DNA of 63,515 nt, the filler included, from Octopus bimaculoides (Eukaryota), in NCBI RefSeq assembly GCF_001194135.2. It is 4 parts of 4 records of this genome, joined end to end, with 100 filler letters (N's around TTAATTAATTAA, not from the genome) between each part and the next. Parts side by side here need not be neighbours in the genome. Positions count along the whole stretch, not along the records: positions 30,250 to 46,093 come from NC_068989.1; positions 46,194 to 55,638 come from NC_068994.1; 2 more parts are not named here. One strand, written 5' to 3'. Shown here one piece after another: positions 38,771-51,629 of the stretch (its first letter is position 1; every line of letters starts with the position of its first letter). Position numbers and translations under genes: made by a program. Under the pieces are notes generated by a model. It ran no database searches, was not told the origin of the DNA, and was given only the letters and a program-made list of their open reading frames with translations.

Positions 38771-40436
38771 AGACAAATAGTCGAAAATCGGTACGTTCCT
38801 GAATGGTTTTTCCTCAAGTAGACTTTTAGTTGAATGAGATCGTTGAATGAACAGAGTTGACTAAGATAAGGTATTACACACGTCAAAGATATATACTTTA
38901 CAATTTAGTGGTAAACAACTTATTTTCTCACACTAGGATTTCCAGATTCACTGATTTTAGTGTTAGAATTTAACTGCTGATGTTTGTATATTTGGTTGTA
39001 TTTCTCGTAAAATGACATAGATACAGCGGAATTGTGTCGGTGACCAGTTACAAAACTATGACAAAATATATTATTAAGAAAAAAAAGTAAGTATAAGTAA
39101 CAGTTAGGGAATCATTAAATGGCTTGCGTGAATTATTTTTGTCTATGTATCAGCAAACAGGTCAAATGAGGTAGCAAACAAGTACAACTCCGAATTCTAG
39201 TTTATTCAACTGTCATAAGTTCTTTCTTTTGTGTTTTTTTAGTTTGGTAATTTTGAAAATATATGCATTATTAAAAGGTTTATGCAGTGGAAATTTGCTA
39301 TCAGCTTTCAGGAGAGGAGCCTTTAGCTACAATAAATTTGAGTCTGTCTAAAAATATATTAAACGATAGATATTTAAATGTAACAGAAAAATTAAATATA
39401 ATTCTGGAGCAGGTAATCCGCTTGATAGAATAAATGAATCTTCATACTTTGAATGGCAACGGTTCATCACCACCATACTTAAATCAAATACACGGCTGCT
39501 TAATAAAAATTTCACTACTATTTTATGTTTATCTTATTTAAAACATGAGCAAAATCACTCTGGATACGGTTTTTCTGTTGATGGCTTCATAGACATTCTT
39601 GCTGTTTAGTTCCAAATGAATGCTGATCAAATACTTTCTAGCTGCGATTAAGTCGTCGTTTTACTTTCAAACGTAGTGTATCGAAGAATACATTCTAAAT
39701 TGCTCAACATATATTCTTTACATCTTGAAGACAGGAAGCTATGACATAAGTAGATTTGGTTTTCAATCCAATCAGGTCGAGCGACCAGATATTGGTTTCG
39801 GTAATGAGGCTTTGTGTTCCTTATTAGCATGTCCTTACCAACGTGAGATATAAGGATAAAACTGCAAAGTGCACTTGATTTGAGAGTTAACTTCTCTTCA
39901 GTAAATGAAGGCCTCAACAATTAGAATTAGTAAACGCAGCTGTGAAATTTTCAAGGAAAGATATCAAAATGATAGATATGCTATTGACAGATGTTAAATT
40001 AGCGTAGTAAATTTGCTAATAAAAATATCACCTGTAAATATATTGAAAACCTTGAAACTTCTAGTTTCTTCAGTTTATATGTTATTAAACTTTACATGTA
40101 CAAACCTATTTTATTATCGAGGTCGTCAGTTGTTAGTCGCATAGATTCTATTAACAGTTTAAGTGTTTTTGAATGCTAAAAAAATAAAAAGAATCTTTTC
40201 GAAAAGCATTTTGACAAATATTCCTAGAGACACGATCTCAGAGCCAGCATATCCAAAACCTCAGAAAGCGTTTGGTCTCAAATATACACGTGCGTACGTA
40301 TGCATATGCATATGCGTTTGGTCTCAAATATACACGTGCGTACGTATGTATATACATATGCGTTTGGTCTTAAATATACATGTGCGTACGTATGTATATG
40401 CATATCCAACAAATATATATATATGTGTGTGTGTGT

Positions 40437-40468
<32 letters not shown>

Positions 40469-41754
40469 CAAATATATATACACACACGCACATGCATGCA
40501 GGTATACACACATACGTACGTAAGTGCAAACATACATACATGAATCTGTATGTGTGTGTGGGTACAGATGGTCATGCCCATGTGTTTCTTTTAGAAAAAA
40601 GGTGTTTACGTTTGAACAGCGTCTTGACAATTTTCTCAACTGAAGTATTTCAAATATTGATATTGAAATATTTCTCTCTAAAACGAGTTCCTTCCAAGCG
40701 AACGCTATTTATGATGTATGTAAGCGGTCTTTCTCTATTGTTTTCCAGTACAAATATTTTTATGAATAGAAATAAAAGAACAATCGGCAAACGCGCAGAA
40801 ATGGAAATTTTCAACTATCAGAGTTGAAATTGTTTTCCTTTATTTGAAATTAATTATCTTTACTAGTTTGAAGGGATTTTTCGTATCTTTGGTAGGAAAC
40901 ATACAGAAAGAAACAAGTACATTAAACAAGCAGCTACATCGATACACAAACACACATGCAATCTCACACACAATACACACATACATATATTTACATGCAA
41001 GTGTATTTATGTTAGCCGTTTGTATTATTAGTCTTTTTACAAATGTCTGTGGCTCTAGGGACGAAAGAAGAATGGTAGGAACAGAACACAATTTTAATGA
41101 TGAAGTGATACACAATAAACATTTCCTATACGATGGTAAATCGTATGAGGCAACAAGAGAGGTAGACAGAGACAGAGATAGGAACATAATTAGATAGACA
41201 AAGAAAGTAACGTTAAACTGCTGGTGATACATTCTTCTTCCTAGCTTTCACTCAGAAATTTAGACATTTCATTATACGTATAAGGTTCGAGTCTTTGAGA
41301 AAGTGATTCAAAGCTCAGCTCGAAACGCATAGAGTCTTGAGTATCGGTTAAAATCTAACAAAGAGTAAGTACAGGTGAAACGTACAGTACCTATTTCAAG
41401 AAACTAACATACTCTTACAGAGAAATATCTATTCCCTGCATAATTAAAACATTGCAAATTTGAGAAAAGAGCTACAAACGGTAATAGAGACCCAGTACAA
41501 CGATAATACTTGATTTAGCCATCCATATCATGTATTATTTAGATTTAGAACTTGATAAAATTTAACACATCCTGGCATTGTGTCCCTTGCGCTGCTCATT
41601 TACACAGCCGAACCATTGCTCTTTGAGACCCCGTCTAGCTCGAGGTGAAAATAATGCACTAGAGTCAGTTAATACATATTCAAAAGTCTAGGTGTTATGA
41701 ATCGTGCTGGATTTTAACATCCCTTGCAAGGAAAGTTTTCAGTGAATGCTACAT

Positions 41755-41811
<57 letters not shown>

Positions 41812-41856
41812 AAGAGAGAGAGAATGAGAGAGAGAGAGAATGAGAGAGAGAGAGTT

Positions 41857-41931
<75 letters not shown>

Positions 41932-44900
41932 GTATTGGATTATGTGTGTAAATTTGTCTTTGTAACAAAGTATTAACATTATTTATGACACTTGCATTAC
42001 TTGCAAGAACACTGGTTGTTTTAGCAAAGAGGCTTTTGTAAGATTTGAATATCAGCCTTTCTCGAATTCTAATTATGTGCATTAATAAGGATTAGTGAAG
42101 ATTCAACGAAGTTAATAAATGTAGATTATATTTCAAATCTATCTAGAAAAGATTTTCTCAAAACCATTATCAAACAAGACTGGAAGAAATAGCAGTAAAT
42201 ATTAATAGATAAGCTATCAAAATTAAATCCTTCATTATCTCGGCCTAATTTATCATCCTATCGAATTTATCAATTCCTGCAAAATACAAATAAATAAACA
42301 GTTTGTTTGCTCCGTACGAATTATATTCCTCTGAAACATTGTGAAGAACACGTTGTATGGAATCACCTTAATATTCCCTGCAACGATTGTGTTCTTGCTA
42401 TGATTATTCACAAACTGAGCCGATATATATTTGAGCGTAAAAAGTATGGAATAGAGAATCTATAATTCGAAATGATAACTAATGCCAAAATCTTTAGATT
42501 TATTCATAAAATCTTTTATTTTAGAGAAACAATTGAAATATTTCATTGACACAATTATATATAATTTTGGAAGATTCGTTTCTTCTTTTTATAAAACATT
42601 AGTGTCTTGGATATTTATTTTAGTATGCTATAGCTTTCACCAATCATACGGAAAGAATAAATATACGTCAGATACTTGTTGCACACTGTGGTTGTTACGA
42701 AATATTTCACTTAAGATTCTTAGACGGCGGTTATAGTTGACACCAGTTATTGTGGTTGTTACGTACTGTTGATTCTGGATTCGTAAACGACGGCTGTAAT
42801 GGACACCTCACGTGTCTGTGTATAGTCACAAGGTATTGTGCAAGACATAGAGGCCAAATATTCCTCAAATTCGACCCTATCTTATTGGTAAAACATTAAG
42901 TCTTAAATACGCAATGACCGCAAGAAAAAAAAATCAGGATGTTGACGCCAAACATACAGTTAATTATAGATCTGCTGGATCAGAGAAAATCGGGAACAAA
43001 AAATATAACATTTATCAGTACTAATGTGTTATGTGTGGAAATAGAATGACTTGTAAATGACCCCCAATCTTCTAAGCTACACTGCCTTGAGTTACGTACA
43101 ACACCAGAAAAGGAAGATAAAAATTGCTAATTGAGTATGTTCCTTATGTTTGACTCTGTACTAAACAACAGTAGCAACAACAATAATATTAACCATATAT
43201 AATAATTAACTAACCAGAAAATGTTGCATGCAAAATATAATGGGTAGGTAAGGTCTCAGAGGGTGCTGAGGGGCACGTTTCCCCACCCCTAAGAAAAGAA
43301 GTACATCCTTCTAAATAATGTTATTACGCCCTTTTCTCCTGAAATTCTATTCCCTTCTGATCTTGTACGCTACCTCCCAAAAATTCCTGGGACCACGCCT
43401 GATGGGACGTTTCTTCTTCATGAGATGTTGCATTGCAAAACGTTGGTATCTTATAAATGAAATATAAGCCCTAATATTTCAACAGCGAAACTCACATCTT
43501 TCAGTCTTTGCATATTTTTCGCCGCAGTCCTCATAGGAAATATTGTAAATACGCCATCGTTGTAAGCCTTCCCTTTGGTAATCTATCTGTGAATATCGCT
43601 TTCACTCGACAGTGTGCATAACCGAATCATCTCTGCTTTCTTAAACTTATGCTGTAAAACAGCATGGCATGAACATAATTTATCTCTGATCAGTAAAAGA
43701 AGAAACGCAATTTTTCAATGAGGGAAACAATTAAAAATAAAGAAATATGAAAGATATATGTAATTAATACGATATGTACTAGCGTTCATAATTTTTTTTC
43801 AGTTGACGAAGAAATAGGTAAATTAGACCTATTTGTTTATCTCCTACGTAAGTTTACATATATTATATCATACCTTTATAATGTGTAAACAGAAGTCCCC
43901 GTTGGCAGACTGCTGGTATTAAAATAAAGTGTTACACAGTTGTAATATGTAAATTGATAGCACAAATTCAATGAAGCTACTGGAGTTCATCAGAATATAA
44001 ACACTTTGTCTACTTATCTCACTGAAATTAGTGGACACTGAAAATGAAACCGAATAAGTGTCGAACTAAGGAGAAATGGATTCATTTGACATGTGCTTAA
44101 GTCTACGCAAAAGTTTATATCATGTGTGTGTGTGTGTATTTATGTATTTGTTCATGTGTCTGCGCGTCTATTCCTTTATATAACTATATGTAATCGAATT
44201 ATGAACGAGTGGTTATAAAGTTCGCTTGTCAACATGTTTCTGGATATATGCTACAGCTCAATACCTTGATCAAGTATCTTCTATCGTAGTTTCTGGGTGA
44301 TAAATACATTACTTCTGACATTTGGTTCATATACACTGTATGGAAATACGTTGTATATAAATACATAAGTGTGCGTGTGTGTGCATGTCTGGTGGGGATG
44401 TAAGTGTGTGTATGGGTGGGTGCGTGTTACTGCATCGGCATGGAGGGTGCGGACGGAGCAGGTAAGTGTTTTTTTTACTGGAATATAACTTCAAAATAAA
44501 CATGGATGAGAAAACAGAAACCTGTTGTCAGTTCCTTGCATACCATTGTTAGAACACCTGAAACCGTAACTAGTCGATATATTGCGCTGCTCCAATTATG
44601 ATATAAAGTACATTTACACCATATTATCCTTTATCTTCTAATACAATTACAATAATTATTACAGCATATATTTCTATTGATCTCATAGAAACTGGGTGAA
44701 AAAACTATAACCATGTGGAATTGATTTTCTATGTCCCAGCTGACTGTCGAATGTGTAGAACTTTTACCGCATTTGTTCTTAGTCTGACCATTCAGTTGTC
44801 TCGTACATTAAATACTACATTGTAAACCATGTTTTCATTTAAAACACTGGCATGATTTTGAAGAAATTTTTACTGGTATTTCTGATGTCATGCAGCCACA

Positions 44901-45941
44901 TTGCAGCTTTCTCGTTTACTTGCATGTATCATGACAGTTTCCTGGCATCAGAAATGATAGTGGTTAAACATATTTGCACGAATCCGGTAGATATTGTGAT
45001 GCAAAATGCTTATATTTCTTAGAAACCCTCAAATGTTTGCTTGCGTGTGACAAACCAACAGTTTAGATAATTCCAACCTGCAAGAGACAGGATGGGTTAC
45101 TGCAAAGAGCCAATACTATTATCTGTTGTAAGAAACTTTTCAAAACCCAAGAGATGATGCATCGTGCAGCTGTAATTATCTGTTTAAATAACTAAATTCT
45201 TTTTATTGGCAGTTACTTTTTTCTTATCTTTCTTAAAAGCCTTGTTGATCTAGAAGGGAATACACGATATAAAATTGTGCGTTTTCTCGTAAACTTCCTT
45301 CGATTCCATATCTCAGAGTTTTAGAATTATCCTAACTTCAGTTGCATAATATTTTATCAGTCTCATGAGGAACAACATAAACATGACACTAAATGAATCA
45401 TCACCAAAATACTTTATTTTCCTGAAGAGAAATGTGTAGATGTACAAGACATAAAATGAAAAGGATAGGATAAAGTAAATTTCCTTCTAGAGCGTATAGA
45501 AATTACTTTATTACTTTGTTGGTGATAAAACGCTGTAAAATAGATCCCATATAATAAATATTCAGTAGATTTCAATGGATAAAAATACTCAGTAACGATG
45601 TTTATGATATGATATGACCTAAGAGAAATTGAACCTGTTTTTTCGAACGAATCTTAGCACTGTTTAACATGTATACATTGCAATTATATTACAACCAATG
45701 ATATCAGTGCCTTGATGCTGTTTAGATAGACGTGGTTACAGGTACTAAACAGTAAAACCATAAAGTTTACACAAAATCTCTGCAAAACTAATGAGAAGAA
45801 TCTGCTATTCTATATTTATAGTAAAAATGACACCTTGCGTGAACAAGGTCATACATACATACGCACACACACAAACACACATACATGTATGCATGTATAT
45901 GTATATTTATATATATATTTGTATATGTGTATACATACATA

Positions 45942-46002
<61 letters not shown>

Positions 46003-46093
46003 CACAGAAATACGATTCGGTTGAATTAGGTAATTTAGTTGAAGCACCGAGTCAGTCTGATATTACCCGCACATCTCGAAATAAGGGGAATAA

Positions 46094-46193
46094 NNNNNNN
46101 NNNNNNNNNNNNNNNNNNNNNNNNNNNNNNNNNNNNNTTAATTAATTAANNNNNNNNNNNNNNNNNNNNNNNNNNNNNNNNNNNNNNNNNNNN
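46094..46193. other. Artificial scaffold join (44N-TTAATTAATTAA-44N)
   Basis: Same linker as 30150-30249. Confidence 0.9.
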
Positions 46194-46293
<100 letters not shown>

Positions 46294-46565
46294 CGTATCA
46301 ACAACTCCTCAAGAAATAATTTCCACATATACCCCTCCACCACATACAGAACTGACAAGCACGCACCCAACAAATTTTAACATATAAACAGCTTTCCAAA
46401 CGCAACGAATAACATTCATGCTAGGGATCATGTATGTATGGGAATATTTATATATGCATATTTGTATGTATGTACGTATGTGTGAGGGGATAGATATATA
46501 TGTGTATGCCCCCCTCACATGTGGTGACAGTGACTGTTGACTATTTTGGTGCGCATGTGCAGCCA

Positions 46566-47285
46566 TCTGTGTATGTGCATCTGGACACGCATATGTACTC
46601 ATCTATCTATGCTTTTGTATCCATATATATCTACGTATGGTTATGTATACATGCATAGGCATGCATATTGAAGTGTTTATAACTATTTATATGGTTTTAT
46701 ATACTGTTTGTAGGCTTTTTTTATGTGCCTTATATTTTTATATTTTCATTTTTTATTTTTTTATTTTTACATTTTTCTTATTTTATATTTGCATTGCGTT
46801 TTGTAAATCTCTGAAGAGGCCTAGTGAATCATACATGTACCCCTATTACATCATTTTCATCTACTAATTACTCCGGCGTATAGGAGCTATAGAGATAGAA
46901 TGGGGCATGCCAACGCTAGGCCGAAACAGCTGTAAGTTTCTGTCCCTTCTCCAATTGCTAAATGTCCTTTATATTTGAAATCTTAATTGTTAATATGACA
47001 TGGTATGTCATAAATGTCTGTATATTGTGTTTTTTGTCAATTTAGTTATAAAATAAACAAATTAATCAACGGAATACATTGTCTGCAAGTCGATGGGTAC
47101 CGCATATTCTCCTCCATTTTCTTATTGCTATATAAACTTAGGGTAAAATAATCCCCCCTTTACCCGCACCCACTTATTGCACTTGGTATAACACTAGTGT
47201 AACAATAAATGGGTACCCTCCCAGCAGTATATTGGATAGATACTATCCCTTAGTGGGTTGAATCCTCAACCCCTAACTCTCTTGG

Positions 47286-47289
<4 letters not shown>
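46566..47289 (+). mobile_element. Repeat family G copy (left arm of a long inverted repeat)
   Basis: Reverse complement of 48579-49302 over ~720 bp. Confidence 0.85.
46805..46940 (+). ncRNA. Type I hammerhead ribozyme-like motif with ~87-nt stem II insert
   Basis: AAATCT-CTGAAGA(46811)-GGCCTAGTG..CGCTAGGCC-GAAAC(46923)-AGCT-GTA(46932-46934)-AGTTTC. Confidence 0.65.
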
Positions 47290-47318
<29 letters not shown>

Positions 47319-47422
47319 NNNNNNNNNNNNNNNNNNNNNNNNNNNNNNNNNNNNNNNNNNNNNNNNNNNNNNNNNNNNNNNNNNNNNNNNNNNNNNNNNN
47401 NNNNNNNNNNNNNNNNNNNNNN

Positions 47423-47464
<42 letters not shown>

Positions 47465-47534
47465 ATGTATGTATCTATCTATCTATATATGTATGTATGT
47501 ATATATATATATATACATACACACACACGCACAC

Positions 47535-47566
<32 letters not shown>

Positions 47567-47589
47567 GTACATATATATTTTGTCCTGTA

Positions 47590-48160
47590 CTTTTCTCTCG
47601 TGTGTTTGCGTATTTTTCACTTGTTGGTGATGTCCTGTGCACAATGTGTGTTTTTTATTTTATTTATTTGTAATCGAACGCCGCGCAGTCTTGGCCACAG
47701 TAAGTTCTTACATCTATATATAATTTCTGCGACTACACACTGTTTTCTTTCTTTCTCTCTATGCCACTATAATCTCCCTTGCTTCCTCTATCTGTCTTTC
47801 TTCCACTTCCTACTATCTGTCGTTCCTTCTCCCTTCTCCGCACTCCTTTTGTTTCTTTCCCTCATCCTTTCTCTTTTCCCTCTTTCCCCTCTGCCTCTGT
47901 TATTCACACGTGACTACAGGCCATTTCTCTAGCCCCTGTCTTTTCTGGACTAGACGTTCACTGTATTGGATGTCATTTTCCTCGGCTCGCGACATTTTTC
48001 TTCTATTTTCTTCTCTACTAATTATTCTATTTCTTTGAAAAAATTTCTCCCAGGCGTTATCCATTACAATTCATCTTGGTCTAATGGTCCTTAATGTTTG
48101 TCTTCGCCGATTGTTTACTCTGCACGTCCACTTTGCCGTTGTTTGTTCGTTCGAAGCTCT
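47590..48160 (+). mobile_element. Repeat family H, diverged copy
   Basis: GATGTCCTGTGC..ATCGAACGCC..AGTAAGTT then a pyrimidine-rich body with CACGTGAC, in the same order as the reverse complement of 53131-53620. Confidence 0.55.
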
Positions 48161-48505
48161 AACTCTCCATGAATTTTATAGTTTTTAAATTTCTGGATAC
48201 CACCATCGCTTGACAACTGATGTTGGTATGTTTATGCCCCCATAACATAGCTGTTCGGGAAATGAGACCGATAGAATAAGTACCGATAGAATAAGTCTTA
48301 TGAAGTTTCCCTATATTGTCGTTAAAAGCATGAAATAGGCGTAATAAAGAGTCCGACAATTGGTGAGGAGTTATTTTCATTTGGTACTTTTCTCTCGTGT
48401 GTTTATGAATTCTTCATTTGTTGGTAATGTCCTGTACTTATCTCTCGAGTGTTTACATATTTTCACTCGTTAGTGATGTGTCCTGTACACTGTGTATTTT
48501 TCATT

Positions 48506-48578
<73 letters not shown>

Positions 48579-48582
<4 letters not shown>

Positions 48583-49302
48583 CCAAGAGAGTTAGGGGTT
48601 AGTATCTATCCAAGGGTTAGTATCTATCCAATATACTGCTGGGAGGGTACCCAATTATTGTTACACTAGTGTTATACCAAGTGCAATAAGTGGGTGCGGG
48701 TAAAAGGTTTTTTTACCTTAAATTTATATAGCAATAAGAAAATGGAGGGGAATATGAAGTACCCATCAACGTGCAGACACAGTATTCCGTTGATTAATCT
48801 GTTTATTTATAACTAAATTGACAAAAAACACAATATACAGACACTTATGACATACCATGTCATATTAACAATTAAGATTTCAAATTTAAAGGACATCTAC
48901 CAATTGGAGAAGGGACAAAATCTTACAGCTGTTTCGGTCTAGCGTTGGAATGCCCCATTCTATTTCCATAGCTCCCGTACGCTGGAGTAATTAGTAGATG
49001 AAAATGATGTAATAGGGGTACATGCATTATTCGCTAGGCTTCTTCAGAGATTTTCATAATTGAATACATGAATTTTGCCAAATTTTAATACAAATATAAA
49101 ATAAGAATGAAATAAAAAAATAAAAATATAAAAATATAAGGCACATAAAGAAACTACAAAAGTTATATAAAACCATATAAATAGTCATAAAAACTCCAAT
49201 ATACATGCCTATGCATGTATACATTACCATATGCAGATATACATGGATACAAAAACATAACTCCATGATTACATATATGTGTGCTCAGATGCACATACAT
49301 AG
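48579..49302 (-). mobile_element. Repeat family G copy (right arm) with degenerate hammerhead at 48917-49054
   Basis: Minus strand: AAAATCT-CTGAAGA-AGCCTAGCG..CGCTAGACC-GAAAC-AGCT-GTA-AGATTTT. Confidence 0.85.
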
Positions 49303-49447
49303 AATGGGGCATGCCAACACTAGGCCGAAACAGCTGTAAGATTTTGTCCCTTCTCCAATTGCTAAATGTCCTTTAAATTTGAAATTGTTGATATGACATG
49401 GTATGTCATAAGTTTCTGTATATTGTGTTTTTTGTCTATTTAGTTAT
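49298..49447 (+). mobile_element. Repeat family G partial copy, inverted relative to 48579-49302, running into an N gap
   Basis: TAGAATGGGGCATGCCAACACTAGGCCGAAACAGCTGTAAGATTTTGTCCC matches 46896-46950. Confidence 0.8.
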
Positions 49448-50454
49448 NNNNNNNNNNNNNNNNNNNNNNNNNNNNNNNNNNNNNNNNNNNNNNNNNNNNN
49501 NNNNNNNNNNNNNNNNNNNNNNNNNNNNNNNNNNNNNNNNNNNNNNNNNNNNNNNNNNNNNNNNNNNNNNNNNNNNNNNNNNNNNNNNNNNNNNNNNNNN
49601 NNNNNNNNNNNNNNNNNNNNNNNNNNNNNNNNNNNNNNNNNNNNNNNNNNNNNNNNNNNNNNNNNNNNNNNNNNNNNNNNNNNNNNNNNNNNNNNNNNNN
49701 NNNNNNNNNNNNNNNNNNNNNNNNNNNNNNNNNNNNNNNNNNNNNNNNNNNNNNNNNNNNNNNNNNNNNNNNNNNNNNNNNNNNNNNNNNNNNNNNNNNN
49801 NNNNNNNNNNNNNNNNNNNNNNNNNNNNNNNNNNNNNNNNNNNNNNNNNNNNNNNNNNNNNNNNNNNNNNNNNNNNNNNNNNNNNNNNNNNNNNNNNNNN
49901 NNNNNNNNNNNNNNNNNNNNNNNNNNNNNNNNNNNNNNNNNNNNNNNNNNNNNNNNNNNNNNNNNNNNNNNNNNNNNNNNNNNNNNNNNNNNNNNNNNNN
50001 NNNNNNNNNNNNNNNNNNNNNNNNNNNNNNNNNNNNNNNNNNNNNNNNNNNNNNNNNNNNNNNNNNNNNNNNNNNNNNNNNNNNNNNNNNNNNNNNNNNN
50101 NNNNNNNNNNNNNNNNNNNNNNNNNNNNNNNNNNNNNNNNNNNNNNNNNNNNNNNNNNNNNNNNNNNNNNNNNNNNNNNNNNNNNNNNNNNNNNNNNNNN
50201 NNNNNNNNNNNNNNNNNNNNNNNNNNNNNNNNNNNNNNNNNNNNNNNNNNNNNNNNNNNNNNNNNNNNNNNNNNNNNGAATGAAAAAATTATGAATGAAA
50301 AAATTAGGAAAGAAAAAAATTATTAAGAATAAAATTATTAAGAATAAAAGATTAAACTTTATATATATATACAAAGTTTTAATTAAAAAAAACCTTTAAC
50401 GATATTATAAACAATAAAGACTAATTATTAATCAAATATTATTAATCAAAAATT

Positions 50455-51374
50455 ATCGAAAATCATTACTGTTCACTGGCTTTGAATGCGTACCGATTAT
50501 CAAACGGTGTCGGGTCTACTGCTGAGACCCCTTCGGTCATGACTGACCATAGGATTGCACCTAGAAAGTTACCTCCGAGACGCAAGTCCGGGCAAGTTGT
50601 TTATGGAAGACCAGCAGTCGCCCATGCATACCGGCCTCCCTTGTCCACGCCACCAGTGTTATCCAAGGGAAAGGCAAAGGCCGATACAGCTTGGCACCCG
50701 TGACGTCGCAAGCCATTTCTACAGCTAAGTGAACTGGAGCAACGTAAAATAAAGTGTCTTGCTCAAGAACACAACACGCATCCCGGTCCGGGCATCGGAC
50801 TCACAACCTCATGATCGCAAGCTCGACACTCTAACCACTAGTCCCTGCGTAAAAAGATTGTCTAAGGGAGGTAAGTAATTCTGGACGTGGTGCAATTAGG
50901 GTCGATATAATACTGTAATATGAATGGTATAGGGAATGTATGAGTGTTAGTGGCTTTAATGGTAAGGTTAGTAGTGTTCTGTATTATGTTGTGCTCATAT
51001 TAAGTTGTGGATGATACTTATTGATGAAAGTTGCTTCTTTATTCATTTTTTGCTGTACTGACGTGTTCTATCAATGTTCACAGAACACCTCAGTACGGCA
51101 AAGAATGAACAAAGAGGCAACTTTCATCAATGAATATCATCAACAGTTTAACATGAACACAACATAATACAGAACAATACTAACCTTACCAATAATGCTA
51201 CTAACACCCATACATTCCTCATACCATTCATATTACAGTATTATATCGACCCTAATTGCACCACGTCCAGAACTACTTACCTCCCTTACACAGTCTTTTT
51301 ACTCAGGGACTAGTAGACACGACACCATTTGATAATCAGTGCGTATTCAAAGCCAGTGAACAGCAATGACGATA
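50455..51374. repeat. Long palindrome (~290-bp arms, 12-nt loop at 51070-51081), left arm interrupted by a SINE
   Basis: Ungapped by-eye alignment of 50837-51069 with the rc of 51082-51314 gives about 23 mismatches in ~233 nt; the arm resumes at 50463-50520. Confidence 0.9.
50521..50842 (-). mobile_element. SINE family D (tRNA-like head plus CORE-like segment)
   Basis: Minus strand: AGTGGTTAGAGTGTCGAGCTTGCGATCATGAGGTTGTGAGTCCGATGCCC then GTGTTCTTGAGCAAGACACTTTA. Confidence 0.8.
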
Positions 51375-51586
51375 CCGGTTTGACTTTGAATCTCTTTAAG
51401 AAATCAAAATAATGATTTTAATTCCTCTTAATTCTACCTCAGTTCATCTAATTGTATTTATTTATCGCTACTTTTCATAAAAAAACCTTAATTTTTTAAA
51501 TATTCAATGTGCATTTTCGCTTTTTTTCTTCTTACTTTCCTTATTTCTTTTCCACGTGTAGTTTCTATTTTCTTTTTGAAACATTT

Positions 51587-51623
<37 letters not shown>

Positions 51624-51629
51624 GTAACT

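Noticed and set aside
41009-41135. Signal-peptide-like ORF MLAVCIISLFTNVCGSRDERR.. with GTAAAT donor
   Set aside because: Short hydrophobic stretch, lies between probable PLE relics, and no partner exon was found. Not excluded, but unsupported.
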